Shown one piece after another: positions 16,087-25,066 of a stretch of 64,000 bases of DNA. Within the stretch, counting starts at the first letter, position 1, and the number at the start of each line of letters is the position of its first letter. Where the stretch lies: positions 3,445,472 to 3,509,471 of the forward strand of contig OY770025.1 in the NCBI GenBank assembly GCA_963669435.1, read 5' to 3'. Source of the stretch: Halieaceae bacterium (GTDB lineage Bacteria > Pseudomonadota > Gammaproteobacteria > Pseudomonadales > Halieaceae). The translations under genes and the position numbers were made by a program. The notes under the pieces are model-generated. The model did no database searches. It was not told the DNA's origin and saw only the letters and a list, made by a program, of their open reading frames with translations.

Positions 16087-17282
16087 TTTTCGCTCGCAGA
16101 AGTATTCCGCCAGGAGCCGGGAGATTGACCTGTTATTTGTTTGAAAACGCGACTCAGGTGCGCCTGGTCCGAGAATCCGCAGGATAGCGCGATATCAAAA
16201 AGAATGGCATCGTTCTTTCTAGACATCATCTGTTTCGCTTTCTCTACCCTGAATGCCAGCAGAAACTGGTGCGGCGACTGGCCCACAGTCTGCTTGAAGA
16301 GCCTTGAAAAATGGTAGGTGCTCAAGCCCGCCACCGTTGCAAGATCCTCCAGCAGGATACGGCGCGCGAAGTTCTCTTCGATAAAGTGGAGAACTTCACG
16401 ATACTGGGTGGCAGTAAAGCTGCGGCTGAAAACCTGTTCTTGCTCTGACTCAAGGCCATACTTGTGAATTAGTTTAACCAGGAACACGCGTGCGTAGCAC
16501 TCGTACATAACCTCTGCACCTGGTTTCTGCAGACGAAGTGCGTCCAACATCATGCAACCCGCTGTGGCGATGTCCTCGTCCAGAAATTGTGGCGTGTTCT
16601 GGAGTTGCTCGCTGGTCAGGGAGATGGAAAGTTCCCGGCGCGCAAAGTTCTCAAATTTTGCCGGCTCAAGAGTAACGAGTAAGGTCATAGCCTTGCTGTG
16701 CCAGCGCCAGCCCACGTGCATACCTGCGGGGGTCAGGACTATTTCGTGCCGCTTGAACAGGAAGTCCCGCCGCTCATCGCCTCGCCAATTTTCGACTCTG
16801 TAGGGCTTTGGGTTCAGGTTGATCAAAATATGATGCTGATCATACTTTTGAGGGGGCATCGTTGCGGGCTCCGCCTCAAAATACTCCAGGTTAAGCAGCT
16901 CGGCTGCCGCCGCTCGCGCCTGATTTGAACTGCGAAAGAGCGGGTCAGAAGGAAAGGCATCTTGGTAGGTGCGTCCAACCATATTCCACGACCAAGCTAA
17001 TGAAGTATGTGAAATGACCAGTGCCATTATGCCTGAGCCGGTTTGGACATCAAATGCATAACCCGGGGGCCAATAATTGTGTGTGCAAGGAAAGCTGGGT
17101 GATTCAAAGGTATGAAAGTCGGGAATGCCTGATAATTCCTCAATGGTGGGTGTTGCCGCTTCCGCCCGGCTGAGAACCGGCGCGCGACCTGGTCGCCTGT
17201 AAGCCGACATGATTTGTTTCTTTGTGCTCAGTTTTGCGAACCTGCTAACTGAGTGCGAGGAGGGAGCGAAGGCGGCTCTCAT
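16062..17282 (-). CDS. AraC family transcriptional regulator
   Basis: C-terminal double HTH 'LEDLATVAGLSTYHFSRLFKQTVGQSPHQF...IALSCGFSDQAHLSRVFKQITGQSPGSWR'. GAGGA lies 5 nt upstream of the ATG at 17282. The 3' end overlaps the convergent SDR gene by 25 nt. Confidence 0.8.
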   Translation of the reverse strand: MRAAFAPSSHSVSRFAKLSTKKQIMSAYRRPGRAPVLSRAEAATPTIEELSGIPDFHTFESPSFPCTHNYWPPGYAFDVQTGSGIMALVISHTSLAWSWNMVGRTYQDAFPSDPLFRSSNQARAAAAELLNLEYFEAEPATMPPQKYDQHHILINLNPKPYRVENWRGDERRDFLFKRHEIVLTPAGMHVGWRWHSKAMTLLVTLEPAKFENFARRELSISLTSEQLQNTPQFLDEDIATAGCMMLDALRLQKPGAEVMYECYARVFLVKLIHKYGLESEQEQVFSRSFTATQYREVLHFIEENFARRILLEDLATVAGLSTYHFSRLFKQTVGQSPHQFLLAFRVEKAKQMMSRKNDAILFDIALSCGFSDQAHLSRVFKQITGQSPGSWRNTSASENQAELTDP

Positions 17283-17376
17283 TCAAATCCTCGATCGACC
17301 TCGCAATGGCTTTTTCCCGGCCTGGGAAGAAGCCCAACCTCCCTACTAATTGATTGAAAAAATTGGCTTTTTTATA

Positions 17377-17518
17377 GGTGTTAGTGCCGGGCTTCTCCGC
17401 TCTTTGGCCAAAGTCAAATAATTCTGTCGTAAACCTGCGAAAGTTTCATGGCAGATTTTTCTCACTCGCCTGTCTTCTAGAAGTAGGGGGTATTTAGAGG
17501 CCCGTGGTGTTAGAGCCG
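17377..17518. promoter_or_regulatory. Two copies of GGTGTTAG(T/A)GCCG in the AraC / TBDR-1 divergent intergenic region
   Basis: 17377..17389 ggtgttagtgccg and 17506..17518 ggtgttagagccg (12/13 identical, same orientation, 129 nt apart). Confidence 0.25.
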
Positions 17519-17669
17519 CTGTTTGTATTACGAACGGGGTTCGGACCTGACAAGCCACCTGAAGACGAGAGTCTATGAAGCCAGACCTCATCTTTGATCC
17601 TCGAATGTGAATGACGAGTGTTCGCCACCCAGCCAACTATGCGCTTTTGATCTGATAGAAGGTAATAAT

Positions 17670-20075
17670 ATGAAAAGCAACGTAAGAAATCTGCTCGCGA
17701 TCTCGGTGTCGCTCTGTGCCGCTGCATCTGTAGCAAACGCAGAAACTCAGGCTCTTGAAGAAATTGTCGTCACCGCCCGGAAGGCCGCAGAAAGTCTGCA
17801 GGATGTTCCGGTAACCGTCACCGCTATCAGTGACGAAACCATTGATCAGTTAGGTCTGGATGATGCGTCCGAGCTGACCAATCTGATTCCCAACCTGACT
17901 ATCCAGAAGGGCGGTACCGGCGGGGGCGGTATGATCCGTCTTCGAGGTATCGGGTCCAGCGCGATCAGTAGCGCATTCGATACTGCCGTCGCGTTTAATA
18001 TCGACGGCATCCAGGTCAACAGCAGCAAGTACATGTTCCATAACATGTTCGACCTGGGGCAGATCGAAGTGCTCAAGGGCCCCCAGAGCCTCTACTTCGG
18101 CAAGAGTGCATCCGCGGGCGTGGTGACCCTGCGCTCGAATGACCCGGGCAGCGAGTTTGAAGCCAGCCTGGGCGGTAGCTACGAGTTCGAGGAAGCCGGC
18201 AGCAAGTACGAGGCGGTCATCTCGGGCCCACTCACCGATACCCTCGGCGCGCGCCTGGCCCTGAAGTGGTCAGAAGTGGATGAGATCGCCAGGAACAACG
18301 CCACGCCCGCCAACTGGGGATCCATCGCCGCGGGCGGCCCTCCCTACCTGGGCGCCGATACCCAGGGGCCCCGTAATGACTATCGCGGCGAGGAAAGTCG
18401 CGATATGCGTGCCACGGTGGTCTGGGCGCCGTCAGATCGTCTATTAGTAAACTTCAAGGGACTTTACAGCGAGTACGAGACGGACGGTTACAGTTATATG
18501 CTGGATGTTGCCTGTGTGGGAGATACAGCCCAGGATACCGCGCTGCCCCTGATAGAGGGCTATACCGTACCCTCTGGCCTGGATTGTGATCCCACCGATG
18601 GGGTGGTGCAACTGGGCGATATCCCCGAGATCGAGGGTGCGGGTACGCCGCGGGGCAGGGTGCCCTTTTATGATTCGGAAGTGGCGTCTCTGGGGTTGAC
18701 CATCGATTACAACCTCACCGATGACCTGACGCTGACCTCGGTCACCGGCTGGATCGAGAACGATGTCGAGGCGCTTGATGGCGCCAGCTACGATGTCAAT
18801 GCGTCACCGGGATCCCTGCAGGAAGACACCCGCCGGGAAAACTACTCCCAGGAGTTTCGCCTTAGCCGTAATTCGGGTGGGTTCTTCGATTACACGCTGG
18901 GCGCTTTTTATCAGACTCGCGAGATCGACTTTGTCGCCAATCACACGACAACGAGTCCCGCGATTGTGTTTGGCCCAGATTCAACCGGTTATACCGCCGG
19001 TTACCTGAAGGTGCACGAGACCGAGGCGGATGCGTACTCCCTGTTCTTCAGTACTACCTTCCGGCCCACCGACACGGTTGAGATCACGGCGGGTGCACGC
19101 TACAGCGATGAGGAGCATGAAAATACCATCACCGTACCGAGGGTCCACGAATCCCTCTCAGGATTTGGCCTGTTTTTGCCCTCTGGCTCACGCATTACCG
19201 GCCTGGAGTTTGAGGATGACTCGATTGACCCTGAAGTCAGCGTGAAGTGGCAGGTGGCTGACGAGGTCAACCTGTTTGCGGTGTACAAGTCCGGGTTCAA
19301 GTCGGGTGGTATCGACAATAGTGCGCTGCCGACCCCGGATTTACCGGTCACGGCAGGGGATCTGCTGGTGTTTGATTCCGAAACGGTTGACGGTTTTGAA
19401 GTAGGCATGAAGTCGGACCTGCTGGACCAGACCTTGCGCTTCAATGCGACGGTGTACCTGTACACGTATGAGGACCTGCAGACGCAGGAGTTCGACCTGG
19501 ATGCCTTTAACTTCGTCACGCTGAATGCGGGTGAGGTGGAGTCCAGGGGGGCGGAACTGGAGACGGTATGGCTGACACCCTACGAGGGCCTGGTGTTTGA
19601 CCTTCGCCTTGCCTACAGCGACAGCGAGTATACCGACGACTTTTTTGTGACGGGGGAAACCAACCTGGACCCTGAGACCGGCCTTGAGAACATGAAGGGC
19701 CGGCAGATCCAGGGTAATTCCTATTGGTCGGGCAATGCGAGCCTTAACTATGAGCGGTCGCTGACGTCGCTGCCGATCGATCTGAACCTGGGCCTGTTTG
19801 CCAGTTATCGCAGCAAATTCCAGGCGGGTATTTTCAGCAACTCGCCGGACCAGGGCGACTTCTGGAAGTTTGATGCGACGGTGGGTGTATCCAGTACGGA
19901 TGGTCAATGGGAGTTGGCATTGATTGCCCAGAACCTTGAGGATGAGCGGACGCTGAACTCATCCATTGCGGGGCGTGTGAGCACGGTACCGGAGGCGGAC
20001 ACCGGTTTCAGGGACCAGCTGATCAGTTTCTCTCACGGCCGGCAGGTTACTCTGCAGGCTAAGTGGAACTTCTAG
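17670..20075 (+). CDS. TonB-dependent receptor (TBDR-1, no signalling domain)
   Basis: ATG 17670 gives signal peptide MKSNVRNLLAISVSLCAAASVANA, TonB box 'EEIVVTA', plug, a long barrel and C-terminal '...LQAKWNF'. Confidence 0.9.
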   Translation: MKSNVRNLLAISVSLCAAASVANAETQALEEIVVTARKAAESLQDVPVTVTAISDETIDQLGLDDASELTNLIPNLTIQKGGTGGGGMIRLRGIGSSAISSAFDTAVAFNIDGIQVNSSKYMFHNMFDLGQIEVLKGPQSLYFGKSASAGVVTLRSNDPGSEFEASLGGSYEFEEAGSKYEAVISGPLTDTLGARLALKWSEVDEIARNNATPANWGSIAAGGPPYLGADTQGPRNDYRGEESRDMRATVVWAPSDRLLVNFKGLYSEYETDGYSYMLDVACVGDTAQDTALPLIEGYTVPSGLDCDPTDGVVQLGDIPEIEGAGTPRGRVPFYDSEVASLGLTIDYNLTDDLTLTSVTGWIENDVEALDGASYDVNASPGSLQEDTRRENYSQEFRLSRNSGGFFDYTLGAFYQTREIDFVANHTTTSPAIVFGPDSTGYTAGYLKVHETEADAYSLFFSTTFRPTDTVEITAGARYSDEEHENTITVPRVHESLSGFGLFLPSGSRITGLEFEDDSIDPEVSVKWQVADEVNLFAVYKSGFKSGGIDNSALPTPDLPVTAGDLLVFDSETVDGFEVGMKSDLLDQTLRFNATVYLYTYEDLQTQEFDLDAFNFVTLNAGEVESRGAELETVWLTPYEGLVFDLRLAYSDSEYTDDFFVTGETNLDPETGLENMKGRQIQGNSYWSGNASLNYERSLTSLPIDLNLGLFASYRSKFQAGIFSNSPDQGDFWKFDATVGVSSTDGQWELALIAQNLEDERTLNSSIAGRVSTVPEADTGFRDQLISFSHGRQVTLQAKWNF
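17750..20068 (+). repeat. Direct repeat copy 1 (perfect core 18003..20068)
   Basis: Collinear with 26715..29033 at a constant offset of 8965 nt. Diverged up to 18002, apparently identical thereafter. Confidence 0.9.
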
Positions 20076-20173
20076 GTTCCATCGGGTAGATGGAAGATGT
20101 AGGTGAATGCTGCACACCAAGGCTTTGCCCCAGGCAAGGCCTTTGTTGTATAGGGATGATTTTGTGATGCAAA

Positions 20174-22252
20174 GTGGGTTTCCAGGTGTATAAGCGTATA
20201 GGCATAGCCGCCTGGATTTTGTGCACTATTGTGACTCGGCAAGCCTTGGGAACCGCGCCCGATTTGGGCTGGGCGCAGCATGGACTCGATCACAGCGAGA
20301 CACGGTTTAGCGAAATTGATCAGGTTGATACAAAGACGGTACGCCGCCTCGGCCTGGCCTGGTATAAAGATTTACCGCGCGCTAAAAGCCTCGAGGCAAC
20401 GCCACTACTCATAGACGGGGTGATGTACTTCACCACCAACGACTCGGTCGTCTTCGCTGTCGATGGTCGAACTGGGAGCACGCTTTGGAGCTACGACCCC
20501 GAAGTATGGAAGGTAGCAGGTAAGCGTTATCGGCAGGTATTTCACGTAAATCGGGGTGTCGCACATTGGGACGGGAAAATTTACGTTGGTACCTTTGATG
20601 GGCGGCTGATCGCACTTAACGCAAAAACAGGGAAGCAGGTTTGGTCAGTGCAAACCCTTGAGCAGGGCCGAGTTGGGTACATTACCGGTGCGCCGCGGAC
20701 ATTCAATGGGAAAGTGATCATTGGTCAGGGCGGCACCGAGGCGGGATATGCTCGCGGCTATGTCACCGCCTATGACGCTCAATCTGGCGACCAGGTATGG
20801 CGCTTCTACGTTGTTCCCGGTAACCCGGATGACGGCTTCGAAAATCCGGCCATGGAAATGGCGGCGAAAACCTGGACGGGTGAGTGGTGGAATCACGGCG
20901 GGGGAGGCTCGCCATGGAATGCGCTGACTTTCGATCCCGAACTCAACCGCGTTTATATTGGCACTGGAAACGGCTCGCCCTGGAATCACAAAGTGCGCAG
21001 CCCCGGTGGTGGGGACAACCTGTTCCTTTGTTCCATCGTCGCGGTTGATGCTGATACGGGAGAATATCAGTGGCATTACCAGACGAATCCGGGTGAGACC
21101 TGGGACTACACATCCACCCAGGACATTGTGCTTGCTGATATGGACCTGGACGGTAAGCGCCGACAGGTGATTCTTCATGCCCCCAAGAATGGCTTCTTCT
21201 ACGTCATCGATCGCGTTACGGGAAAATTGCTTTCGGCCGAAAAACTGGGAACCGTGACCTGGGCCGAGCGCATCGACCTGGCGTCGGGGCGCCCCGTTGA
21301 AACTGCTGGTGCACGATTTCCTGAAGGTGACGGCCTGATCTATCCCAGTGGGGCCGGACTGCACAATTGGCACTCCATGTCCTTTAACCCAAACACCGGA
21401 CTGGCCTACCTGCCGAAGCTGGAAATGCCCATGTACTTCAGTGAAAAGACGGTAGATCACCAGAACTGGCGTGCTCGAAAGTACTTTTTCAATACCGGCT
21501 TTGATCTGTTGGAGATGGAGGGGCTGGGGGACCTTGCCCTGGAGGGCTCGTTGCTTGCCTGGAACCCACAGACGCAGAGTCGCGCCTGGGAAGTGCCTCT
21601 GCCGGGAATCTGGAATGGAGGTACATTGAGTACGGCGGGTAACCTGGTGTTTCAAGGCAACGCCGGAGGGGAGTTCGCGGCCTATCATGCAGAAACGGGA
21701 GAGAAGCTCTGGTCGACCGATGTCGGCCTGGGTGTTGTGGCTGCACCCATGACCTATCGCCTTGACGGCACCCAGTATATTGCCCTGCTGGTTGGTTGGG
21801 GTGGCAGTATCCCCAGCATGTTTGGCCTGGGTGTGAACGAATACGGCTGGCAGTACGGAAAACAAGTTCGACGCCTGCTTGTGTACGTCCTGGACGGCAA
21901 TGCAGAACTGGAACTGGCTGGAAAGTCCCCAGTGCCAACACCACTGGATCCCCCCGAGTTTGTCATTGACCAGTCGGTGGTCAAACAGGGTAGCGAACTG
22001 TTCAACTCTACCTGCCAGGCTTGTCATGGCTACTCGGTCGTCGCCGGTGGCATGGCGCCTGATCTTCGCGCCTCTTATATCGCCGCCAATATGGATAGTT
22101 TCGACAAAGTTGTCCGGGAGGGCGCGCTGGAGGCCAGGGGAATGCCGAAGTACGCGGATTTAAACGACGCGGAGGTGAAGCAGCTATACCACTACATTCG
22201 TCATCGGGCCCGGATAGACCTCAAGAAGCGCTCGACAGCGCCTCAACAATAG
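20174..22252 (+). CDS. PQQ-dependent quinohemoprotein alcohol dehydrogenase (type II ADH-like, C-terminal cytochrome c domain)
   Basis: 'GAPRTFNGKVIIGQGGTEAGYARGYVTAYDAQSGDQVWRFY', 'GGGGSPWNALTFDPELNRVYIGTGNGSPWN', 'ETWDYTSTQD', 'APKNGFFYVIDRVTGK', and the C-terminal heme motif 'CQACHG'. The start is uncertain (GTG 20174 or GTG 20186). Confidence 0.85.
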   Translation: MGFQVYKRIGIAAWILCTIVTRQALGTAPDLGWAQHGLDHSETRFSEIDQVDTKTVRRLGLAWYKDLPRAKSLEATPLLIDGVMYFTTNDSVVFAVDGRTGSTLWSYDPEVWKVAGKRYRQVFHVNRGVAHWDGKIYVGTFDGRLIALNAKTGKQVWSVQTLEQGRVGYITGAPRTFNGKVIIGQGGTEAGYARGYVTAYDAQSGDQVWRFYVVPGNPDDGFENPAMEMAAKTWTGEWWNHGGGGSPWNALTFDPELNRVYIGTGNGSPWNHKVRSPGGGDNLFLCSIVAVDADTGEYQWHYQTNPGETWDYTSTQDIVLADMDLDGKRRQVILHAPKNGFFYVIDRVTGKLLSAEKLGTVTWAERIDLASGRPVETAGARFPEGDGLIYPSGAGLHNWHSMSFNPNTGLAYLPKLEMPMYFSEKTVDHQNWRARKYFFNTGFDLLEMEGLGDLALEGSLLAWNPQTQSRAWEVPLPGIWNGGTLSTAGNLVFQGNAGGEFAAYHAETGEKLWSTDVGLGVVAAPMTYRLDGTQYIALLVGWGGSIPSMFGLGVNEYGWQYGKQVRRLLVYVLDGNAELELAGKSPVPTPLDPPEFVIDQSVVKQGSELFNSTCQACHGYSVVAGGMAPDLRASYIAANMDSFDKVVREGALEARGMPKYADLNDAEVKQLYHYIRHRARIDLKKRSTAPQQ

Positions 22253-22259
22253 CCATGGT

Positions 22260-24266
22260 GTGTTGTTTATGACAACGAGATTATTTAGTCAGACTTGCCT
22301 TATGCTGCTTGGCTTACTGGGTTTTTCGCTCGCGCAGGCTGCGCCGTGGAGCTATTTTGGCGGTGATTCGGGGGCGCAGCGCTATGCACCCCATACCCAG
22401 ATCACCGCGGAAAATGCCAAGCACCTCGAGCCTGCCTGGATTGCAAGAACAGGGGAGCAGGAAGAGTTCGGGAAGCTGTATAACTTGTCGAGTTTTCAAA
22501 ATACGCCTGCGTTAATCGGAGACTCACTTATTGCCTGCTCGTCATTTAGTCGAGTGATTGCCTACGACCCCGCTTCCGGAGAGGAGAAATGGCGCTATGA
22601 TCCCTGGGAATCCATAGAGTTTTTCGACCACTTTACCTATCGGTGCCGGGGCCTGGCTTATTGGCAAGGCGAAAAGGACAAGCATGAGATCGAGGGTGAG
22701 GCCCAGGAAACGGCAGACCTCAAAGACCGATGCAATGAGCGTATTTTCCTGGCAACCGCTTCTAATCATGTTATCGCCCTCGATCCAGGCAATGGTCAAA
22801 CCTGTCCAGACTTTGGCGATAACGGAATTGTGTTTATCGATCGTACTGGCGAGCAGGCTTTCCCGGGGGAGGTTTACCTGAATAACCCTGGAACCGTCGT
22901 AGGTGATGTTGTCGTATTTGGCTCGCCGATATTGGATAGCTACAGAGCCGGAGCGCCCACCGGGAAAATCATGGCCTTTGACGTGTACACAGGCGAGTTG
23001 CGCTGGGAGTTCGATCCGATTCCTCGCGACGACTCTGCCTATGCCAGGGAAAACTGGCTGGACGATAGCGCCAGGAGCAGTGGCGGAGCCAACGTATGGT
23101 CCACAATGACCGCCGATGAAGAGCGTGACCTGCTGTTTGTGCCCACGGGTAGTCCGTCCCCCGATTTTTACGGCGCTTTAAGGCCGGGTGATAACCGCGA
23201 TGCCAATTCCCTGGTCGCACTGAAGGGGCAGACGGGAGAAAAGGTGTGGAGCTTCCAGTTCGTCCACCATGACTTATGGGACTACGATGTTGCCTCGCCG
23301 CCTGTGCTGGTTGATCTGCAGCGCAGTGGCAGTACGGTGCCAGCCGTTGTCCAGAATACCAAGCAGGGACTCATCTTTGTGTTCAATAGAGAGACCGGAG
23401 AGCCTCTGTTTGATATTGAGGAGAGGCCAGTTCCACAGTCTGATGTACCGGGTGAATGGACCTCTCCCACCCAACCCTTTCCCGTGAAGCCCGAACCACT
23501 GGTTGAGTTCAGTCTTGGGCCTGGCGACGCCTGGGGGTTCACCTTCTGGGATGAAGGCAAGTGTAGGGAGAAGATCAGTGCTCGCGGTAATAGTGGCATT
23601 TATACTCCCCCGTCGCTCAACGGCACTGTACAAAGGCCCGCATGGATGGGAGGTACCAACTGGGGAGGACCTGCCATAAACCCCCGGACCGGCGTGATGG
23701 TGGTTAACTTCAGCAATGTTATCACCGAGGTGCTACTGGAGCGGCGCACCGGTGACCTCAAGCCCTTACCTGTAATAACCGTAGATGACACAGCCGCCTG
23801 GCGACGGCACGTAGGCGGGGAAATGCTTGGAACGCCTTATCGACTCAAGTTGGATTTTTTGCGTTCACCTTTTGGGGCCCCCTGCAACGCTCCGCCCTGG
23901 GGAGAGTTGGCGGCAGTCGATTTAAACAGCGGGGACATCCTGTGGAAGCGGACGCTGGGAAACCTCGAAGAACTCGCACCGGTTCCGTTGCCACTTGAAC
24001 TGGGCACACCAAATATAGGGGGTCCTCTGGTGACCGAGAGTGGCGTCGTATTCATTGCCGCCACCATGGACAATCGTATCCGGGCCTTTCATCTGGAAAC
24101 TGGCGAAGAAGTGTGGAGCGCCAAGTTGCCCGCTGGCGGGCAGGCTGGAGTGATGAGCTATGCCTGGAAGGGCAAACAGTACGTGGTCATCGGTGCGGGA
24201 GGTCATGCATGGATGGATACCCCAAGGGGAGACTATTACGTAGCCTATGCTCTTCCCGAAAAATGA
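22260..24266 (+). CDS. PQQ-dependent dehydrogenase (glucose/quinate-dehydrogenase-like propeller, secreted, no cytochrome domain)
   Basis: Signal peptide (alternative ATG at 22269: MTTRLFSQTCLMLLGLLGFSLAQA), 'FVHHDLWDYDVASPP', 'GGTNWGG', repeated propeller W-motifs. Only 7 nt after the preceding gene. Confidence 0.8.
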   Translation: MLFMTTRLFSQTCLMLLGLLGFSLAQAAPWSYFGGDSGAQRYAPHTQITAENAKHLEPAWIARTGEQEEFGKLYNLSSFQNTPALIGDSLIACSSFSRVIAYDPASGEEKWRYDPWESIEFFDHFTYRCRGLAYWQGEKDKHEIEGEAQETADLKDRCNERIFLATASNHVIALDPGNGQTCPDFGDNGIVFIDRTGEQAFPGEVYLNNPGTVVGDVVVFGSPILDSYRAGAPTGKIMAFDVYTGELRWEFDPIPRDDSAYARENWLDDSARSSGGANVWSTMTADEERDLLFVPTGSPSPDFYGALRPGDNRDANSLVALKGQTGEKVWSFQFVHHDLWDYDVASPPVLVDLQRSGSTVPAVVQNTKQGLIFVFNRETGEPLFDIEERPVPQSDVPGEWTSPTQPFPVKPEPLVEFSLGPGDAWGFTFWDEGKCREKISARGNSGIYTPPSLNGTVQRPAWMGGTNWGGPAINPRTGVMVVNFSNVITEVLLERRTGDLKPLPVITVDDTAAWRRHVGGEMLGTPYRLKLDFLRSPFGAPCNAPPWGELAAVDLNSGDILWKRTLGNLEELAPVPLPLELGTPNIGGPLVTESGVVFIAATMDNRIRAFHLETGEEVWSAKLPAGGQAGVMSYAWKGKQYVVIGAGGHAWMDTPRGDYYVAYALPEK

Positions 24267-24443
24267 TGACGCGGTGCTCCAGGGATCGGGTTTTATTATT
24301 GGATGTAAACGGACCAGGGGATAGCACCGACCAGGTCCGGGTAATTGGCAAAGATTTACTGCGGTTACATGCAGATTGATTGAAGACTCCAGTGCTTCTC
24401 GCAAGAAGCATAAACTATAAGTATTAAGGGAGTAGTTAAGTAG

Positions 24444-25004
24444 ATGAAGCGAGACACTCGCCAGAATCGACCAGATGCCAGGGATGGTAGTGGCATACAT
24501 GAGGCATTTATGGAGAATATGACAGCGCTCAAGCGATTTCTGTCCAGGCGACTGCCTTGCCACGCGGATGTAGAGGATTTGCTGCACGATACATACTTGA
24601 AAGCGATAAGTGCCGAAAGGAAGGCAAGCATCAATAAGCCAACCCACTTTCTCTACAAGGTCGCAAAGAATGCTGCGATCAATTACAAGGCGCGGGCGCA
24701 CCATCGATTGAGTGAAAGTATTGAAAATTTCGACGAGCTAAATGTACTGATTAATGAGAGAACACATGAATTCACGGCGGACCAGGACAGGCAGTTAAGC
24801 CTATTCTGTGAGGCGGTAGGTCGATTACCCGAAAAGTGTCGCGAGGCATTTGTCCTGAAAAAAGTTTATGGTCTGAGCCATCAGGAGATTAGTCAGCGTA
24901 TGGGAATCGGTATCAGTACAGTCGACAAACATGTCGCCAGGGGGTTGCGCGAATGTCGGACGAGGCTCAGGTCGGCCGGTTACGGCCTGTCCCCTGAAGG
25001 CTGA
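24444..25004 (+). CDS. ECF (FecI-type) RNA polymerase sigma factor
   Basis: Region 2 'EDLLHDTYLKA...FLYKVAKNAAINY', region 4 'LSHQEISQRMGISISTVDKHVARGL'-type HTH. AAGGGAG RBS. Confidence 0.85.
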   Translation: MKRDTRQNRPDARDGSGIHEAFMENMTALKRFLSRRLPCHADVEDLLHDTYLKAISAERKASINKPTHFLYKVAKNAAINYKARAHHRLSESIENFDELNVLINERTHEFTADQDRQLSLFCEAVGRLPEKCREAFVLKKVYGLSHQEISQRMGIGISTVDKHVARGLRECRTRLRSAGYGLSPEG

Positions 25005-25066
25005 ATGGGCGAGATTTTTTTTGGTGTTATCAAGTTAAAGTAATAGTAAATACAGGATTAGACGCA

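Noticed and set aside
17283-17669. Possible cobalamin riboswitch in the long leader of TBDR-1, considered because a B12 enzyme is in the window. Fragments 'agtaggggg', 'ggtgttagagccgctg' and 'aagccacctgaagac' vaguely resemble B12-element blocks.
   Set aside because: The conserved 'GCCACTG' core and a proper B12 box (AGYCMGGAGACCKGCC) are absent. The receptor is also much larger than BtuB-type proteins. A cmscan with RF00174 would settle it.
20645-22027. Very long antisense ORFs: 460 aa here, plus 39743..40900 (385 aa), 46728..47642 (304 aa), 5600..6319 (239 aa), 55447..56376 (309 aa) and 23922..24704 (260 aa).
   Set aside because: Each lies entirely opposite a CDS with unmistakable family motifs (PQQ ADH, Rieske, mutase, patatin and others). 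Their translations are low-complexity and Arg/Gly/Pro-rich with no motifs. They are typical shadow ORFs produced by codon bias.
23382-23399. 'FVFNRETGEP' in the second PQQ dehydrogenase. I first read the Asn as a replacement of the catalytic Asp of the '(L/I)DR.TG' block.
   Set aside because: Counting from the Ca-ligand Asn in MxaF, as I recall that sequence, puts the catalytic base in the 'WDY' block. That block is intact here (HHDLWDYD) and in the first PQQ enzyme (ETWDYT). Type I enzymes also naturally have N at the other position.
24393-24410. Small hairpin TGCTTCT-cgca-AGAAGCA after the second PQQ gene, considered as a terminator.
   Set aside because: It has only a 7-bp stem, no T-tract, and lies 125 nt past the stop. 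That is too weak to call.
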